DNA from: Nitrospirota bacterium
Lineage (GTDB): Bacteria; Nitrospirota; UBA9217
Direction: 5' to 3'
Length of the DNA stretch: 64,000 bases
Assembly: GCA_963741205.1 (NCBI GenBank)
Contig: CAVUHW010000034.1
Span: 145,710-209,709 of the forward strand
Part shown: positions 10,245 through 21,269 of the stretch, one piece after another
How the letters are laid out: the number at the start of each line of letters is the position of its first letter
Numbering within the stretch: the first letter of the stretch is position 1
Position numbers and translations under genes: made by a program
The notes under the pieces: generated by a model
The model's database searches: none
The model's input: the letters and a program-made list of their open reading frames with translations, nothing else
Told to the model about the DNA's origin: nothing

Positions 10245-10709
10245 TTATTCCAGAGGTTTGGAAAACACGTAATCGGAGTCTTTGGCCGCCATGTGGCAGG
10301 CGAAACAGGCGGTCTTTTCGTCCTTCTTTATGAACCTCCCGTCAGGGGAGAAGACAGCAAATATCCAGCCGCCTGTTTCTTTCGCAGACAGGTCCTTCCT
10401 CATATAGGAATAGCGCAGCATCTTCCCCTCGGTCATGCCGACTATAGGAGATGTCACGACCTCGTACACCTTGCCCACGATGATCGTGCCCTCGGGGTAG
10501 GGGGCCCCCGTCTTGAACGCCGCCAGCCCTTTTTTGTTCATATAGTAATGGAAAAACCCGAAGAGCGGGCTGTTCTTATCGGGGATGACGAGGGAACCGG
10601 TGTATGCATACGAATCCAAGTCCCTGGGCAGCGCTTCCTCGCCGGCCCACACGGTGATCGCCGACGCCAAAATAGACAATACTATGACAACACTTGCCAT
10701 CTTTTTCAT
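10245..10709 (-). CDS. Cytochrome P460 / c'-beta family periplasmic heme protein
   Basis: Signal peptide, PYPEGTIIV, TGGWIFAVF, C-terminal CFACH and DYVFS. Confidence 0.82.
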   Translation of the reverse strand: MKKMASVVIVLSILASAITVWAGEEALPRDLDSYAYTGSLVIPDKNSPLFGFFHYYMNKKGLAAFKTGAPYPEGTIIVGKVYEVVTSPIVGMTEGKMLRYSYMRKDLSAKETGGWIFAVFSPDGRFIKKDEKTACFACHMAAKDSDYVFSKPLE

Positions 10710-11017
10710 GCTGTTCCTCCCGGTCGTGATGATGTTTATTAAGAGTTTACCCTATAAAATTGGAAAAGCAACCTTGGACTGTGGTGTGTAGGAACATCTG
10801 AGGGGCCAGGTCCGTACTGTTGGACTGGTATTTAAAACCGGCGTAAGACCATCGAATGCTTGAATATGAATTGCCCGCCTCTATAGTGCAGGCTAAAGAC
10901 TGGGGCTACGCTCGCGGAGACCTCCTGCCTGAAGCATGACATCCTCCAAAACTAATCTTGCAATTTACGTGGTTGTTCTGTAAAATACGCAATCTGCAAG
11001 GGCTATTTTGATATTCC

Positions 11018-13264
11018 ATGGACTATTTTGAACAATTAAATCCCCCCCAGCGCGAAGCCGTGCTGTACGGCGACGGTCCGCTTTTGATCCTTGCGGGCGC
11101 GGGCAGCGGGAAGACCCGCGTGATCACCTGCAGGATCGCGCACCTGATACGCGAGCGGGGGGTCGACCCCGGCAACGTTCTGGCGGTGACCTTTACGAAC
11201 AAGGCCGCGAATGAAATGAGGGAGCGGCTCGAGCGGATGCTCGATATGTCCCTCGGACGCGGCATCGGGTACGGCGGGCTCTGGATCAGTACGTTCCACT
11301 CGGCCTGCGTCAGGATACTCAGGCAGCATATCGACAAGCTCGGATACAAGCGCTCGTTCGTGATCTACGACGAGACGGACCGCTCGTCGCTTGTGAAGGC
11401 CTGCGTTGCGGACCTGCGGATCGACGCCGAACGGTACCAGCCCCGGGCGATTGCGGCGAAAATCAGCGCGCTCAAGAACAACCTGACCGGCGCCGAAGAG
11501 TTCGTGAAAACGAGCTCCCCCTTCGGTTTCGATGAGGCGGTCGGCCGCGTCTATTCCCTGTACGAGGAGAAGCTCAGGGAATCGGACGGGCTCGATTTCG
11601 ACGATCTGCTGATGCTCACGGTGCGGCTCTTCGAGCGGCATCAGGACGTGCTCGCGTATTATCAGGGCATGTTCCACCACATTTTGATCGACGAGTATCA
11701 GGATACGAACCGCGCCCAGTACCGGCTCGTGCGGCTTCTTACGATGAAGAGGCAGAACCTCTGCGTCGTGGGAGACGACGACCAGAGCATCTACAAATTC
11801 CGCGGGGCGGACATCTCGAACATCCTGAACTTTGAAAAGGACTATCCCGCGGCCAAAGTCATCAAGCTTGAGCAGAACTACCGTTCGACGCAAAACATCC
11901 TGGGTGCCGCGGGGGCGGTGGTCGCGCGAAACCTCGGAAGAAAACCCAAGGAACTCTGGACCGAAAGACGCGGCGGCGACAAGATCGCGTGCTACAAGGC
12001 CGTTGATGAGAAAGATGAGGCGCGCTACATCTCCCGGTGCATCCAGAAGGAAGTGGACGAGGGCAGGAGCCTCAGGCAGATCGCGGTGCTCTATCGCACC
12101 AACGCACAGTCCCGCGCGCTGGAAGACGCGCTCCGGAACTGGGGAACGCCGTACCGCATCTTCGGAGGCCTGCGGTTCTATGACCGCAAGGAGATCAAGG
12201 ACGTCATCGCGTATCTCCGGGTGCTGCAGAACCCTTCGGATATCGTGAGCCTGCGCAGGATCATCAACGTGCCGGCGCGCGGCATCGGCGACACGACAAT
12301 CGACAAACTGGAGACGGCAGCGGCCCGGGCCGGCGCCGGACTCTATCAGATCGCGATGAATCCGGAGAATGCCGACATCGCGACCGGCGCCAGAAAAAAA
12401 CTCCGGGACTTCACGGGCATGATGGAGCGGCTGCGGGCCGATCTCGGGAAAACCGAAATCACCGAGCTGGTCCGCCGCGTGATCCATGAATCAGGATACG
12501 GACAAGCGCTTGAGCAGGAAAAGAACGTGGAAGCCCGGATCCGGCTCGAAAATCTGAACGAGCTTCTGACCGCAACCGAGGATTTTCAGGAACAGAACCG
12601 GGACGCATCGCTGGCCGCGTTTTTGGACCAGGTTGCGCTCATTACGGACTCGGAGCAGCAGATCTCGGCTGAAGGCAGGAGGGGCAGCTCCGACACGGTT
12701 ACGTTAATGACGCTTCATAACGCCAAGGGGCTCGAGTTCTCGGTGGTCTTCATGGCCGGTATGGAGGAAGGCCTCTTCCCGCATTCCCGGTCCGCGGAGA
12801 GCGAGGAAGAACTCGAAGAGGAGCGCAGGCTCTGCTACGTGGGCATTACGCGGGCCAAGGAACGGCTCGTCATCACCCACGCGGCTGAACGCCGGCTTTA
12901 TGGATACCCCCAGGCGAACCTTGTCTCCCGGTTCGTGCAGGAGATCCCGGATGAGGCGATGGAGCACGTCGGGGCGGATCGAGCGACGGCGTATTCCTTT
13001 CAGGACCGGGCAACCTGGGAAAGGACGACATTCGGCGCGGACCGGAAAGGGATACCGGAACTTCACAGCGCAGCCCCTCAGACGGCGAAGTCCGGTCCCG
13101 CTGACCGGTACTATAAGGGCGCCGTGGTGCGCCATGCGAAGTTCGGACTCGGCACCGTGCAGCGTTCCGAAGGGTCGGGTGATGACCGCAAACTCAGCGT
13201 AAGTTTTCCGGGTCACGGCGTCAAGACGCTCGCGGTGAAGTATGCAAACCTGGAAGTGATTTAA
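11018..13264 (+). CDS. pcrA: ATP-dependent DNA helicase PcrA/UvrD
   Basis: LAGAGSGKT, TFTNKAA, DEYQDTN, VVGDDDQSIY, LEQNYRST, TLHNAKGLEF, EERRLCYVGITRA, C-terminal Tudor-like domain. Confidence 0.97.
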   Translation: MDYFEQLNPPQREAVLYGDGPLLILAGAGSGKTRVITCRIAHLIRERGVDPGNVLAVTFTNKAANEMRERLERMLDMSLGRGIGYGGLWISTFHSACVRILRQHIDKLGYKRSFVIYDETDRSSLVKACVADLRIDAERYQPRAIAAKISALKNNLTGAEEFVKTSSPFGFDEAVGRVYSLYEEKLRESDGLDFDDLLMLTVRLFERHQDVLAYYQGMFHHILIDEYQDTNRAQYRLVRLLTMKRQNLCVVGDDDQSIYKFRGADISNILNFEKDYPAAKVIKLEQNYRSTQNILGAAGAVVARNLGRKPKELWTERRGGDKIACYKAVDEKDEARYISRCIQKEVDEGRSLRQIAVLYRTNAQSRALEDALRNWGTPYRIFGGLRFYDRKEIKDVIAYLRVLQNPSDIVSLRRIINVPARGIGDTTIDKLETAAARAGAGLYQIAMNPENADIATGARKKLRDFTGMMERLRADLGKTEITELVRRVIHESGYGQALEQEKNVEARIRLENLNELLTATEDFQEQNRDASLAAFLDQVALITDSEQQISAEGRRGSSDTVTLMTLHNAKGLEFSVVFMAGMEEGLFPHSRSAESEEELEEERRLCYVGITRAKERLVITHAAERRLYGYPQANLVSRFVQEIPDEAMEHVGADRATAYSFQDRATWERTTFGADRKGIPELHSAAPQTAKSGPADRYYKGAVVRHAKFGLGTVQRSEGSGDDRKLSVSFPGHGVKTLAVKYANLEVI

Positions 13265-13300
13265 AGCCAGGAATCAGTAATCAGGAAACGAGAATAACGA

Positions 13301-13588
13301 ATGAAAATCACGAGACAGGAAGTAGAACATGTTGCGAAGCTCGCCAGGCTGGAACTGTCGGACCAGGAAAAGGAAAAGCTGACCGATCAGCTCTCGAACA
13401 TCCTCACCTATGTTGAAAAGCTGAACGAGCTCGACACCAAAGGAGTGGAACCCACCGCCCACGTGCTGGACATCAACAACGTCATGCGGAGCGACGTGCC
13501 GGAGGAGAGCCTGACGCAGGAACGCGCCCTGGCCAATGCCCCGGAAAAGGCCGCGGGTCATTACAAAGTGCCGAAGATCATAGAATAA
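13301..13588 (+). CDS. gatC: Asp/Glu-tRNA amidotransferase subunit C
   Basis: EVEHVAKLARLEL...VEPT...ALANAP....YKVPKII. Confidence 0.97.
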   Translation: MKITRQEVEHVAKLARLELSDQEKEKLTDQLSNILTYVEKLNELDTKGVEPTAHVLDINNVMRSDVPEESLTQERALANAPEKAAGHYKVPKIIE

Positions 13589-13605
13589 GGCAGATATGGA
13601 CCGGC

Positions 13606-13691
13606 CGATTCCGGCATGATCGGCGTGAATCCAGGAAGTATAATCTCAACCGATCATGAACCTGGATCCCGATAGCAGCATCGGAATGACG
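13606..13691. repeat. REP/REPIN-like palindromic element, family A (degenerate left arm)
   Basis: attccggc...gaatccagg ... ctggatcccgat...atcggaatgac. Confidence 0.6.
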
Positions 13692-13723
13692 AAACAGTTC
13701 CAGCATCCAAAAAAGGATAATTC

Positions 13724-14077
13724 ATGTTTAGACTGATGCTGCGATCGAAAATACACCGCGCGACCGTGACGGACGCGAACCTCGAGTACGAGGGAAGCCT
13801 GACCGTCGATCCCGTGCTCCTTGAGGCGGCGAGCATTCTGCCCTATGAGCAGGTTCATGTGTCGAACCTGAACAACGGAGAGCGGTTCGAGACCTACGTC
13901 ATTCCCGGCAAACGCGGTTCGGGCGAAATGGTGCTGAACGGTCCCACCGCACGGCGGGGCGTCAAGTCGGACAAGATCATCGTTTTCTGCTACGAATATT
14001 TCAATGAAGAAGAGCTCAAGACCTTTAAGCCCAAGATAGTTCTCGTGGATGAAAACAACCGGGTGAAGGAGAAATAA
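13724..14077 (+). CDS. panD: Aspartate 1-decarboxylase proenzyme
   Basis: [17 protein letters not shown]|SLTVD self-cleavage site, [15 protein letters not shown]. Confidence 0.96.
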   Translation: MFRLMLRSKIHRATVTDANLEYEGSLTVDPVLLEAASILPYEQVHVSNLNNGERFETYVIPGKRGSGEMVLNGPTARRGVKSDKIIVFCYEYFNEEELKTFKPKIVLVDENNRVKEK

Positions 14078-15540
14078 TGGAGTTCTCTCAGTTGACGATT
14101 CATGAACTGCATGACATGCTGAAAAAGGGCGAGACCACGTCGGAAGCCGTAACCGAGTCGGTCCTCGGCAGAATCAGGGCCGTGGACGGGAAGGTCAAGG
14201 CGTATATCACCGTGACGGAGGACATCGCCCGGGCGCAGGCGAAAGAAGCTGACAGGCGGATCAGGGCCGGAGATACATCGTCGCCGCTTCTCGGGATCCC
14301 GATCGCGGTCAAAGATAACATGTGTATCGAGGGAATCAAGACCACCTGCGCTTCGAAGATACTCGCAAACTTTGTGCCTCCCTATGACGCGACCGTTGTG
14401 CAGAAACCTGAAAAAGGCCGGCTATGTGCTCTGCGGCAAGCCGAACATGGATGAATTCGCCATGGGGTCCTCTACGGAAAACTCGGGATTCTTCATCACG
14501 AAAAATCCCTGGGACCTTGAACGGATCCCCGGGGGCTCGAGCGGCGGTTCGGCGGCGGCGGTGGCAGCGGGAGAATGCATCGGCTCGTTGGGTTCGGACA
14601 CGGGAGGATCGATCCGGCAGCCGGCGGCATGCTGCGGCGTCGTCGGCTTGAAACCGACCTACGGAAGGGTATCGCGGTTCGGCCTCGTAGCGTTCGCGTC
14701 ATCGCTGGACCAGATAGGCCCGATCACCAAGGACGTGACCGATTCGGCGCTCCTCATGAACGTCATAGCCGGCCACGATGCGAAGGATTCCACCTCGGCA
14801 AACATTCCTGCCCCTGATTTTACGAAGGCCCTCAAGAAAGACGTAAAAGGAATGAAGATCGGCCTGCCCGAAGGAGTATTTCATCGAGGGGATGGATCCG
14901 GAGGTGGAGAAAGCTGTCAGGGATGCAGTGAAAACGCTTGAGGGGCTCGGTGCAACGGTCGTGGAAGTCTCGCTTCCCCACACGGACTATGCCGTCGCTA
15001 CGTACTATATCCTCGCCACTTCCGAGGCGAGCTCGAACCTTGCCCGTTACGACGGCATCAAGTACGGGTTCCGCGCCGAAGGGGCGAAGGACCTCCTGGA
15101 CCTCTATATGAAATCGCGCAGCCAGGGTTTCGGTCCGGAGGTAAAACGCAGGATCATGCTCGGGACGTATGCGCTGTCCGCTGGTTACTACGACGCCTAT
15201 TATAAAAAAGGGCAGCAGGCCAGGACGCTGATCAAGCGGGATTTTGACGAGGCCTTCAAAAAGGTCGATGTCATTGCCACGCCGACGGCGCCGACCGCCG
15301 CTTTCAAGATCGGGGAGAAATCCTCCGACCCGCTCCAGATGTACCTTTCGGACATTTTTACGATCAGCGTGAACCTCGCAGGTATCCCGGGCATGTCGCT
15401 TCCCTGCGGGTTTACGAAAACGAATCTCCCTATCGGTTTGCAGCTCCTCGGCAAGCACTTCGACGAGGAACGCGATCCTTCATGCGGCCTTTGCCTACGA
15501 GCAGGCGACGGAGTGGCACACGAGAAGGGCGAAGCTGTAA
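14077..15540 (+). CDS. gatA: Asp/Glu-tRNA amidotransferase subunit A (several frameshifts)
   Basis: [57 protein letters not shown]. The natural C-terminus ends at TAA 15538-15540. Confidence 0.96.
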
Positions 15541-15620
15541 TATGGAGCGAGCCATCCGTGATGGCGTGAATCACGGCAGCACGGTTGCCGTGGTCAAAAA
15601 TACGAAGAGGGAAGTCAACC

Positions 15621-17077
15621 ATGAAATACGAGGCAGTCATCGGGCTTGAGGTGCATGCCCAGCTCCAGACCAACACGAAGATCTTCTGCGGGTGCGAGAC
15701 GCGTTTCGGCGAAGAGGCGAACACGCGCACCTGCCCGGTCTGCATCGGTATGCCGGGCGTGCTGCCGGTGCTGAACAAAAAGGCAATTGAATACATCATC
15801 AAGACCGGGGTCGCCACGCATTGTTCGATTAGTCCCTACAGCCGGTTCGCGCGGAAAAACTATTTCTATCCCGACCTTCCCAAGGGCTACCAGATATCGC
15901 AGTATGAACTGCCGGTCTGCGAACACGGGTATGTTGAAATCGTGGCCGACGGGAAGATCAAGCGCGTCGGCATCACGCGGATCCATCTTGAGGAGGACGC
16001 GGGCAAGAACCTGCACCAGGCCGAAAGCGGGGCCAGTCTCGTGGACCTGAACCGCGCCGGGACGCCGCTCATGGAGATCGTGTCCGAGCCGGACATTCGG
16101 ACCCCGGAAGAAGCGTCGGAATATCTGAAAAAGCTCCGCTCCATCCTTCGCTATATCGAGGTGTCCGACGCCGATATGGAAAAGGGGAACTTCCGCTGCG
16201 ACGCCAATGTCTCGATTCGGCCGATTGGATCCAGTGAGTTCGGCACGCGGGCCGAGATCAAGAACGTGAATTCCTTCAAGTTCGTGCAGAAGGCGATCGA
16301 GTACGAGATCAAGCGCCAGGCGCAGGTCCTCGACGACGGAGGCAAGGTCCTCCAGGAGACCCGCCTCTTCGACTCGGCCAAGGGCGTCACCTTCTCCATG
16401 CGGAGCAAGGAAGAGGCCCACGACTACCGCTATTTCCCCGAACCGGACCTCGTGCCGGTCGTCGTTTCGAAAGAGACGGTCGAGAACATCGGCAGGACTA
16501 TTCCCGAACTTCCCGACGCCAAGCGGGAGCGGTTCGTGAAGGAGTATGCCTTGCCTGAATATGATGCGGATACGCTGACGCTGACAAGGGCAACGGCCGC
16601 CTACTATGAGGAAACGGCAGGGGCGTCAACCAAGCTGTCGATCAATGTCTCCGATTATCCCAAGGTGGTCTCGAATTGGATGATGGGTGAGTTGACGCGT
16701 CTTTTAAACGCTGAGGGAAAAGGAGATTGAGGATTGTCCGATAAAACCGGACAGGCTGGCCGGCATGATCAAGATGATCAGTGACGGCGTGATCAGCACC
16801 AAGATCGCGAAGACCGTGCTTCGAGGAGATGTACAAGTCCGGTAAGGACGCTGAAACGGTCGTCAGGGAAAAGGGGCTGGTCCAGGTTTCGGACACCGGC
16901 GAGATCGAAAAGATCATAGATGAGGTGATCAAGGCGAACCCGGCACAACACGCCGATTATAAAACCGGCAAAGAGAAACTCTTCGGGTTCTTCGTGGGCC
17001 AGGTGATGAAGGCGAGCAAGGGGAAGGCGAACCCGGAGCTTGTGAACCAGCTGCTCAAGAAGAAATTAAGTGAATAA
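15621..17077 (+). CDS. gatB: Asp/Glu-tRNA amidotransferase subunit B (frameshifts near the 3' end)
   Basis: [61 protein letters not shown]. Confidence 0.97.
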
Positions 17078-17103
17078 CATGAAGCACTGCGGATTTCCCT
17101 TCA

Positions 17104-17147
17104 ACCTACCCTCTCCCCTCAGGGGAGAGGACAAGAGGAGAGGGGTG
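17104..17147. repeat. Palindromic repeat, family B (CCCTCTCCC...GGGAGAGG), followed by cgcaatc heptamers to about 17184
   Basis: ccctctcccctcaggggagagg; related copies at 29246 and 30517. Confidence 0.65.
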
Positions 17148-17202
17148 GTTTCATTCCGCAATCGGCAATCCGCAATCCGAAATTAAACGAGGGGGAATCA
17201 CC

Positions 17203-17895
17203 ATGATTGAATGGATTCGAAAGCACATGGGCTGGATGATGTGGATCATCGTGGGGCTGGTGACGGTCACGTTCCTTTTTTTCGGGATCTATCCGTCGTC
17301 ACAGGGCAAGGGGGCCGTGGCCAAGGTCGGCGATACGGTTATCACGTCGGAAGAGCTGAACATGGCCTACCGGAACCTGTATGAAAATTACCGGGAAATT
17401 TTAAAAGGCCAGCTTAATGAGTCCTTCACGAAGGGCCTCAGAAATCAGGCGCTGCAGGAATTGATCGTGAACCGCTTGCTCCTCGACGAGGCCGAACGCG
17501 AAGGGCTCAGGGTCAGCGATGAGGAACTGCAGGCGTCCATCATGAGGATGCCCGCCTTCATGCAGAACGGAAGATTCAACAAGCAGATCTATGAGCGTAC
17601 CCTCGACCGAATCAATATGACGCCAGCGGTGTTCGAAAACGGTCAGCGCGAGTATCTGCTGCGTCAGAAGCTGGAACACCTCGTGAAAGACAGCGTGGTC
17701 GTGGGAGACGCCGAGCTCAGCTCCGCCTATATGCGGAAAAATCCCAACGCGAAACCGGGGGATTTTGAGAAGAATAAGGAAGGCTTCAGACAGACGTATC
17801 TCGCGGAGAAACAGCGCGACGCCCTGACTGCGTTTATCCGGAACATTCAGACCCGGATTCCGGTAAAGATCGAGGACAAGGCGCTGGCGTCATAA
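17203..17895 (+). CDS. SurA N-terminal domain protein (PpiD-like chaperone without a PPIase domain)
   Basis: N-terminal TM helix, VAKVGDTVITSEE, ALQELIVNRLLLDEA...GLRVSDEEL...I..MPAF..NGRF. Confidence 0.85.
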   Translation: MIEWIRKHMGWMMWIIVGLVTVTFLFFGIYPSSQGKGAVAKVGDTVITSEELNMAYRNLYENYREILKGQLNESFTKGLRNQALQELIVNRLLLDEAEREGLRVSDEELQASIMRMPAFMQNGRFNKQIYERTLDRINMTPAVFENGQREYLLRQKLEHLVKDSVVVGDAELSSAYMRKNPNAKPGDFEKNKEGFRQTYLAEKQRDALTAFIRNIQTRIPVKIEDKALAS

Positions 17896-17937
17896 CACTT
17901 TTCATGCTTCAGAGTCCGCGGTCAACCTTACCGAACG

Positions 17938-19326
17938 TCAGGCGGCCAGTTCCGCGAAAAGATGGATGAGGCTCTTGCAGCCTTTTTCCCAGTCCGCGAT
18001 GAGAAGACTTTCATTCTCAGAATGGGCCGCTGAATAAGGATCGCCGACGCCGAAGAGCAAGGCCGGCACGCCGCCAAGAGCGCCGGTGATGGTCTGCACG
18101 AAAGGGATCGATCCCCCCGCTCCCGCTACCACCGGTTTATTCCCGTAACCCTTTTCGAGGGCGCGCATCGCGGCCTCAAATACCGGTCCTTCTGTTTCCA
18201 TCTTCCACCACGGCGAGGGTGTTTCCGGTTGAACGGTCACCTGCACGCCCCAGGGCGCATGTTTCTTCAGGTGGTCCGTGAGCAGCGCGAGCGTTTCGGA
18301 CGGGTCCATATCGGGGACGATGCGGACGCCGATCCGCGCCCATGCCGAATCATTGATGATGTTTGCGGCCTGTTTGCGGCTGCTCGCTTCGATGGCATTG
18401 ACGGCAATGGACGGACGGTGCCACATCTTTTGATAGACCGTTCCCTCGCCGCCGATCACCCGGACACCGTCAAGAAGTTTCACCTGTCTCCGGTACAGGG
18501 ATTCGTTGAAGGGCAGCGCATCGAGAGCTGCCTGGTCTTTCGGGGACAACGTCCTCACCCTGTCGAGGAGACCGGGAACGGCGGGCCTGCCCTCGTCATC
18601 CACGAGGCCGGAGATCATCTTCGCCAGGGCGATGACCGGATCGGGCAGGGGGCCGCCCCAGGTGCCCGAATGGACGCTCGACGCGAGCGAGCGCACTTCG
18701 ACATTGACCGTTACGATGCCGCGGAGCGACGCGGTGAGCGTGGGAACGCCGCTGTAGAAGTTTTCACTGTCGGCGATGAGCACCGCGTCCGCGGAAAGGA
18801 GGTCGAGGTTCCGCTTCAGGATTTCGTTGAGGTTCGTTGAACCCACTTCCTCTTCTCCCTCGATCAGGACCTTCACATTGACCGGAAGAGAGCGCGCAGC
18901 CTTGAGGTAGGACCGTACTGCGACGGCGTGCATCACCACTCCCGCCTTGTCGTCCGAGGCCCCGCGGCCGTAGAGCCTTCCGTTCCGCTCGGCGGGTTCG
19001 AAAGGCGGTGTGGTCCAGAGCTCTTCCCTGCCGATGGGCTGGACATCGCAATGCGCATACAGCAGGATGGTGGGTTTCCCCGGCGCCCCGGTCCACTGGC
19101 CGAATACGGAAGGGTGGCCCTTGCCCGTTTCAAGGAGGTGTACGTCGTCCAAGCCGCTTTCCCGGAGGAGAGCAGCAACGGCCTCGGCGCACTGCCGCAC
19201 CGGTTTGGGATCAAATCCCGGAAAACTGATGCTCGGGATGGCGATGAGCTTCTTAAGGTCGCTCAGAAAATCCGGCCTGTTATTGTTGTAGTATTCCAGC
19301 GCCGAACGTGCGGTATCTCCAGCCAT
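17938..19326 (-). CDS. M20 family metallo-dipeptidase
   Basis: LLYAHCDVQP, LYGRGASDDKAG, IEGEEEVGS, HSGTWGG, GGSIPF, AHSENES. Confidence 0.92.
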   Translation of the reverse strand: MAGDTARSALEYYNNNRPDFLSDLKKLIAIPSISFPGFDPKPVRQCAEAVAALLRESGLDDVHLLETGKGHPSVFGQWTGAPGKPTILLYAHCDVQPIGREELWTTPPFEPAERNGRLYGRGASDDKAGVVMHAVAVRSYLKAARSLPVNVKVLIEGEEEVGSTNLNEILKRNLDLLSADAVLIADSENFYSGVPTLTASLRGIVTVNVEVRSLASSVHSGTWGGPLPDPVIALAKMISGLVDDEGRPAVPGLLDRVRTLSPKDQAALDALPFNESLYRRQVKLLDGVRVIGGEGTVYQKMWHRPSIAVNAIEASSRKQAANIINDSAWARIGVRIVPDMDPSETLALLTDHLKKHAPWGVQVTVQPETPSPWWKMETEGPVFEAAMRALEKGYGNKPVVAGAGGSIPFVQTITGALGGVPALLFGVGDPYSAAHSENESLLIADWEKGCKSLIHLFAELAA

Positions 19327-19590
19327 GGTGGGCCTCCTTCTTTGCATAAGCAAAAAATTGATTCATTCCAATTCTAGTTGAATCCATCTGCAAAATCAAC
19401 ATCACCGCATCAATCCCCGGTCCGTTCGAAGATAGCAAACCACCTTCCTTAAGTAAAATCAGCAACATCTCATGCTACAATATTTGTATTCGCTTGTTAA
19501 CGGAAATGAATCGACGGCCATAGAGCCATATGAAGAGATACGCTGCATTGGGACAGGGATGGGAACTGTCTGAAGCCTGAGGAGGTCTGC

Positions 19591-20637
19591 ATGGGGAACC
19601 TGGTCTTTGAGAAAACATCTTCTGCATTTACGATCCTGAACCCGTTTAATAACTTTGCTCCCGAAGAACATCGCGTGGAGGTGAGAAAGGACCCGCTCCT
19701 CGGAGATACGAGCGTCCACAATCCCTTTCTGAAGGACAAGGCCCGCGTATTTTTCGGTGAGAACGACCCGGGATTGATAAAAAAGCTTGCGGAAGAAAGC
19801 GCCGGGAACTGCATTTTCTGCGGCCAGAATGTTGCCAGCAAGACCGCCCGCTATCCTTCCGACCTTGTGTCCGAAGGACGGATCCGGAGAGGCGATGCAG
19901 TCCTGTTTTCCAACCTATTTTCCGTCGGGGCATATCACCCCGTGATCGCGCTCGGCGCCCACTTCTTGAAACTCTCGGAATTCAGTCCCCGCATCATTGC
20001 CGACGGTTTCGGTGCGGCGCAGGAGTTTTTGCGGCGCGTGTACGGGAGGGACGAGTCCGCGGTCTTTTCGGCGGTCTGCCAGAACTATCTCCTTCCGGCG
20101 GGCGCAAGCCTCGTGCATCCCCATCTGCAGATGCTGGTGACTCCTATGGCGTATTCTTATCATGCGCGGATGCTGGACGCCGCGCGGAAGTACCATGAAA
20201 AGCACGGCTCATCCTATTACGACGACCTGGTAAGTGAAGAGAAGAGAATCGGCGAACGCTACGTTGTCCGACAAAACCGCTGGCATTGGCTTGCCGCCTT
20301 TTCCCCTCTGGGTAGCAATGAAATCACGGCAATCCACGACAGTGATACCGACCTGGACAGACTTTCGCAGGCGGATCTCGAAGACCTTGCCTACGGCATC
20401 TCAAGGGTCCTTTTTTTGTACGAACGTCTCGGACATATGAGTTTCAACTATACGCTTTATTCAGTACGGCAAACCGTCCGGGACAAAGGTCACCGATGCC
20501 TGTTCAAGATCATCAGCCGCCAGAACCTCTATCCCAACTACCGCAATGACGATTACTTTCTTCAAAAGATGCTGCAGACGGAATTGATCTTCAATCTGCC
20601 GGAGGAGCTTGCCGGGCGGTTGAGAGAAATATTCTGA
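19591..20637 (+). CDS. Galactose-1-phosphate uridylyltransferase-like (GalT/HIT superfamily) protein
   Basis: EVRKDPLLG, CIFC zinc motif, NYLLPAGASLVHPHLQ (HxHxQ). Confidence 0.82.
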   Translation: MGNLVFEKTSSAFTILNPFNNFAPEEHRVEVRKDPLLGDTSVHNPFLKDKARVFFGENDPGLIKKLAEESAGNCIFCGQNVASKTARYPSDLVSEGRIRRGDAVLFSNLFSVGAYHPVIALGAHFLKLSEFSPRIIADGFGAAQEFLRRVYGRDESAVFSAVCQNYLLPAGASLVHPHLQMLVTPMAYSYHARMLDAARKYHEKHGSSYYDDLVSEEKRIGERYVVRQNRWHWLAAFSPLGSNEITAIHDSDTDLDRLSQADLEDLAYGISRVLFLYERLGHMSFNYTLYSVRQTVRDKGHRCLFKIISRQNLYPNYRNDDYFLQKMLQTELIFNLPEELAGRLREIF

Positions 20638-20810
20638 AATAATACTTTTCCCGATTGCACCAGCTTCATTCTCATGAAGGATCGGGAGATGGGTTCTTTG
20701 AACAGGCCCCCTCAAGCGTCCCAGCTCAGGTAATGGTTTTCGCAATAATTAATGTAAAACGTATTCTTTGGATGATTTATATGTAAATTATCCCAATAGA
20801 GGAGCGTATT

Positions 20811-21137
20811 TTAATCATTATGATTCTCCTTTGCTTTCGTAGACTTTATTTTTTGCAGTCTGTGTTTATATATATCATAGGCAATGGCGCAAAGAATTAT
20901 AAGAGCAATCGTTGACGCAAAAAATGGATTATTATTAACGAAAAACGATATACCTGAGGTGATGGGCTTGATTGATTTAAAAAACCATCCACGGCCTAGA
21001 AATAGCACTAACAGGATGGCTGCGATAATAATTATTGTAATTGCACTGATGGTAAAAATGCTCAAGATTGCGCGTGTCGAATCATTGGAAAGCACAAGAA
21101 TTAGCAGGAGCAGAACGACTATATAAAGCATACACAT
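20811..21137 (-). CDS. AT-rich hypothetical membrane protein
   Basis: 108-aa ORF with three hydrophobic segments, next to an integrase remnant. Confidence 0.55.
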   Translation of the reverse strand: MCMLYIVVLLLLILVLSNDSTRAILSIFTISAITIIIIAAILLVLFLGRGWFFKSIKPITSGISFFVNNNPFFASTIALIILCAIAYDIYKHRLQKIKSTKAKENHND

Positions 21138-21269
21138 TCTCTCTTTCTAGGTAGCTAAACCATTATGCAGTGTCAATCAGTATAATGCTGTGAACATCTA
21201 TTGTAAAGGCCTCTTGGCAATAGGGGGAAAGACCCTATAACAAGGACTAGACTGAAAAGGGGTGGGACA

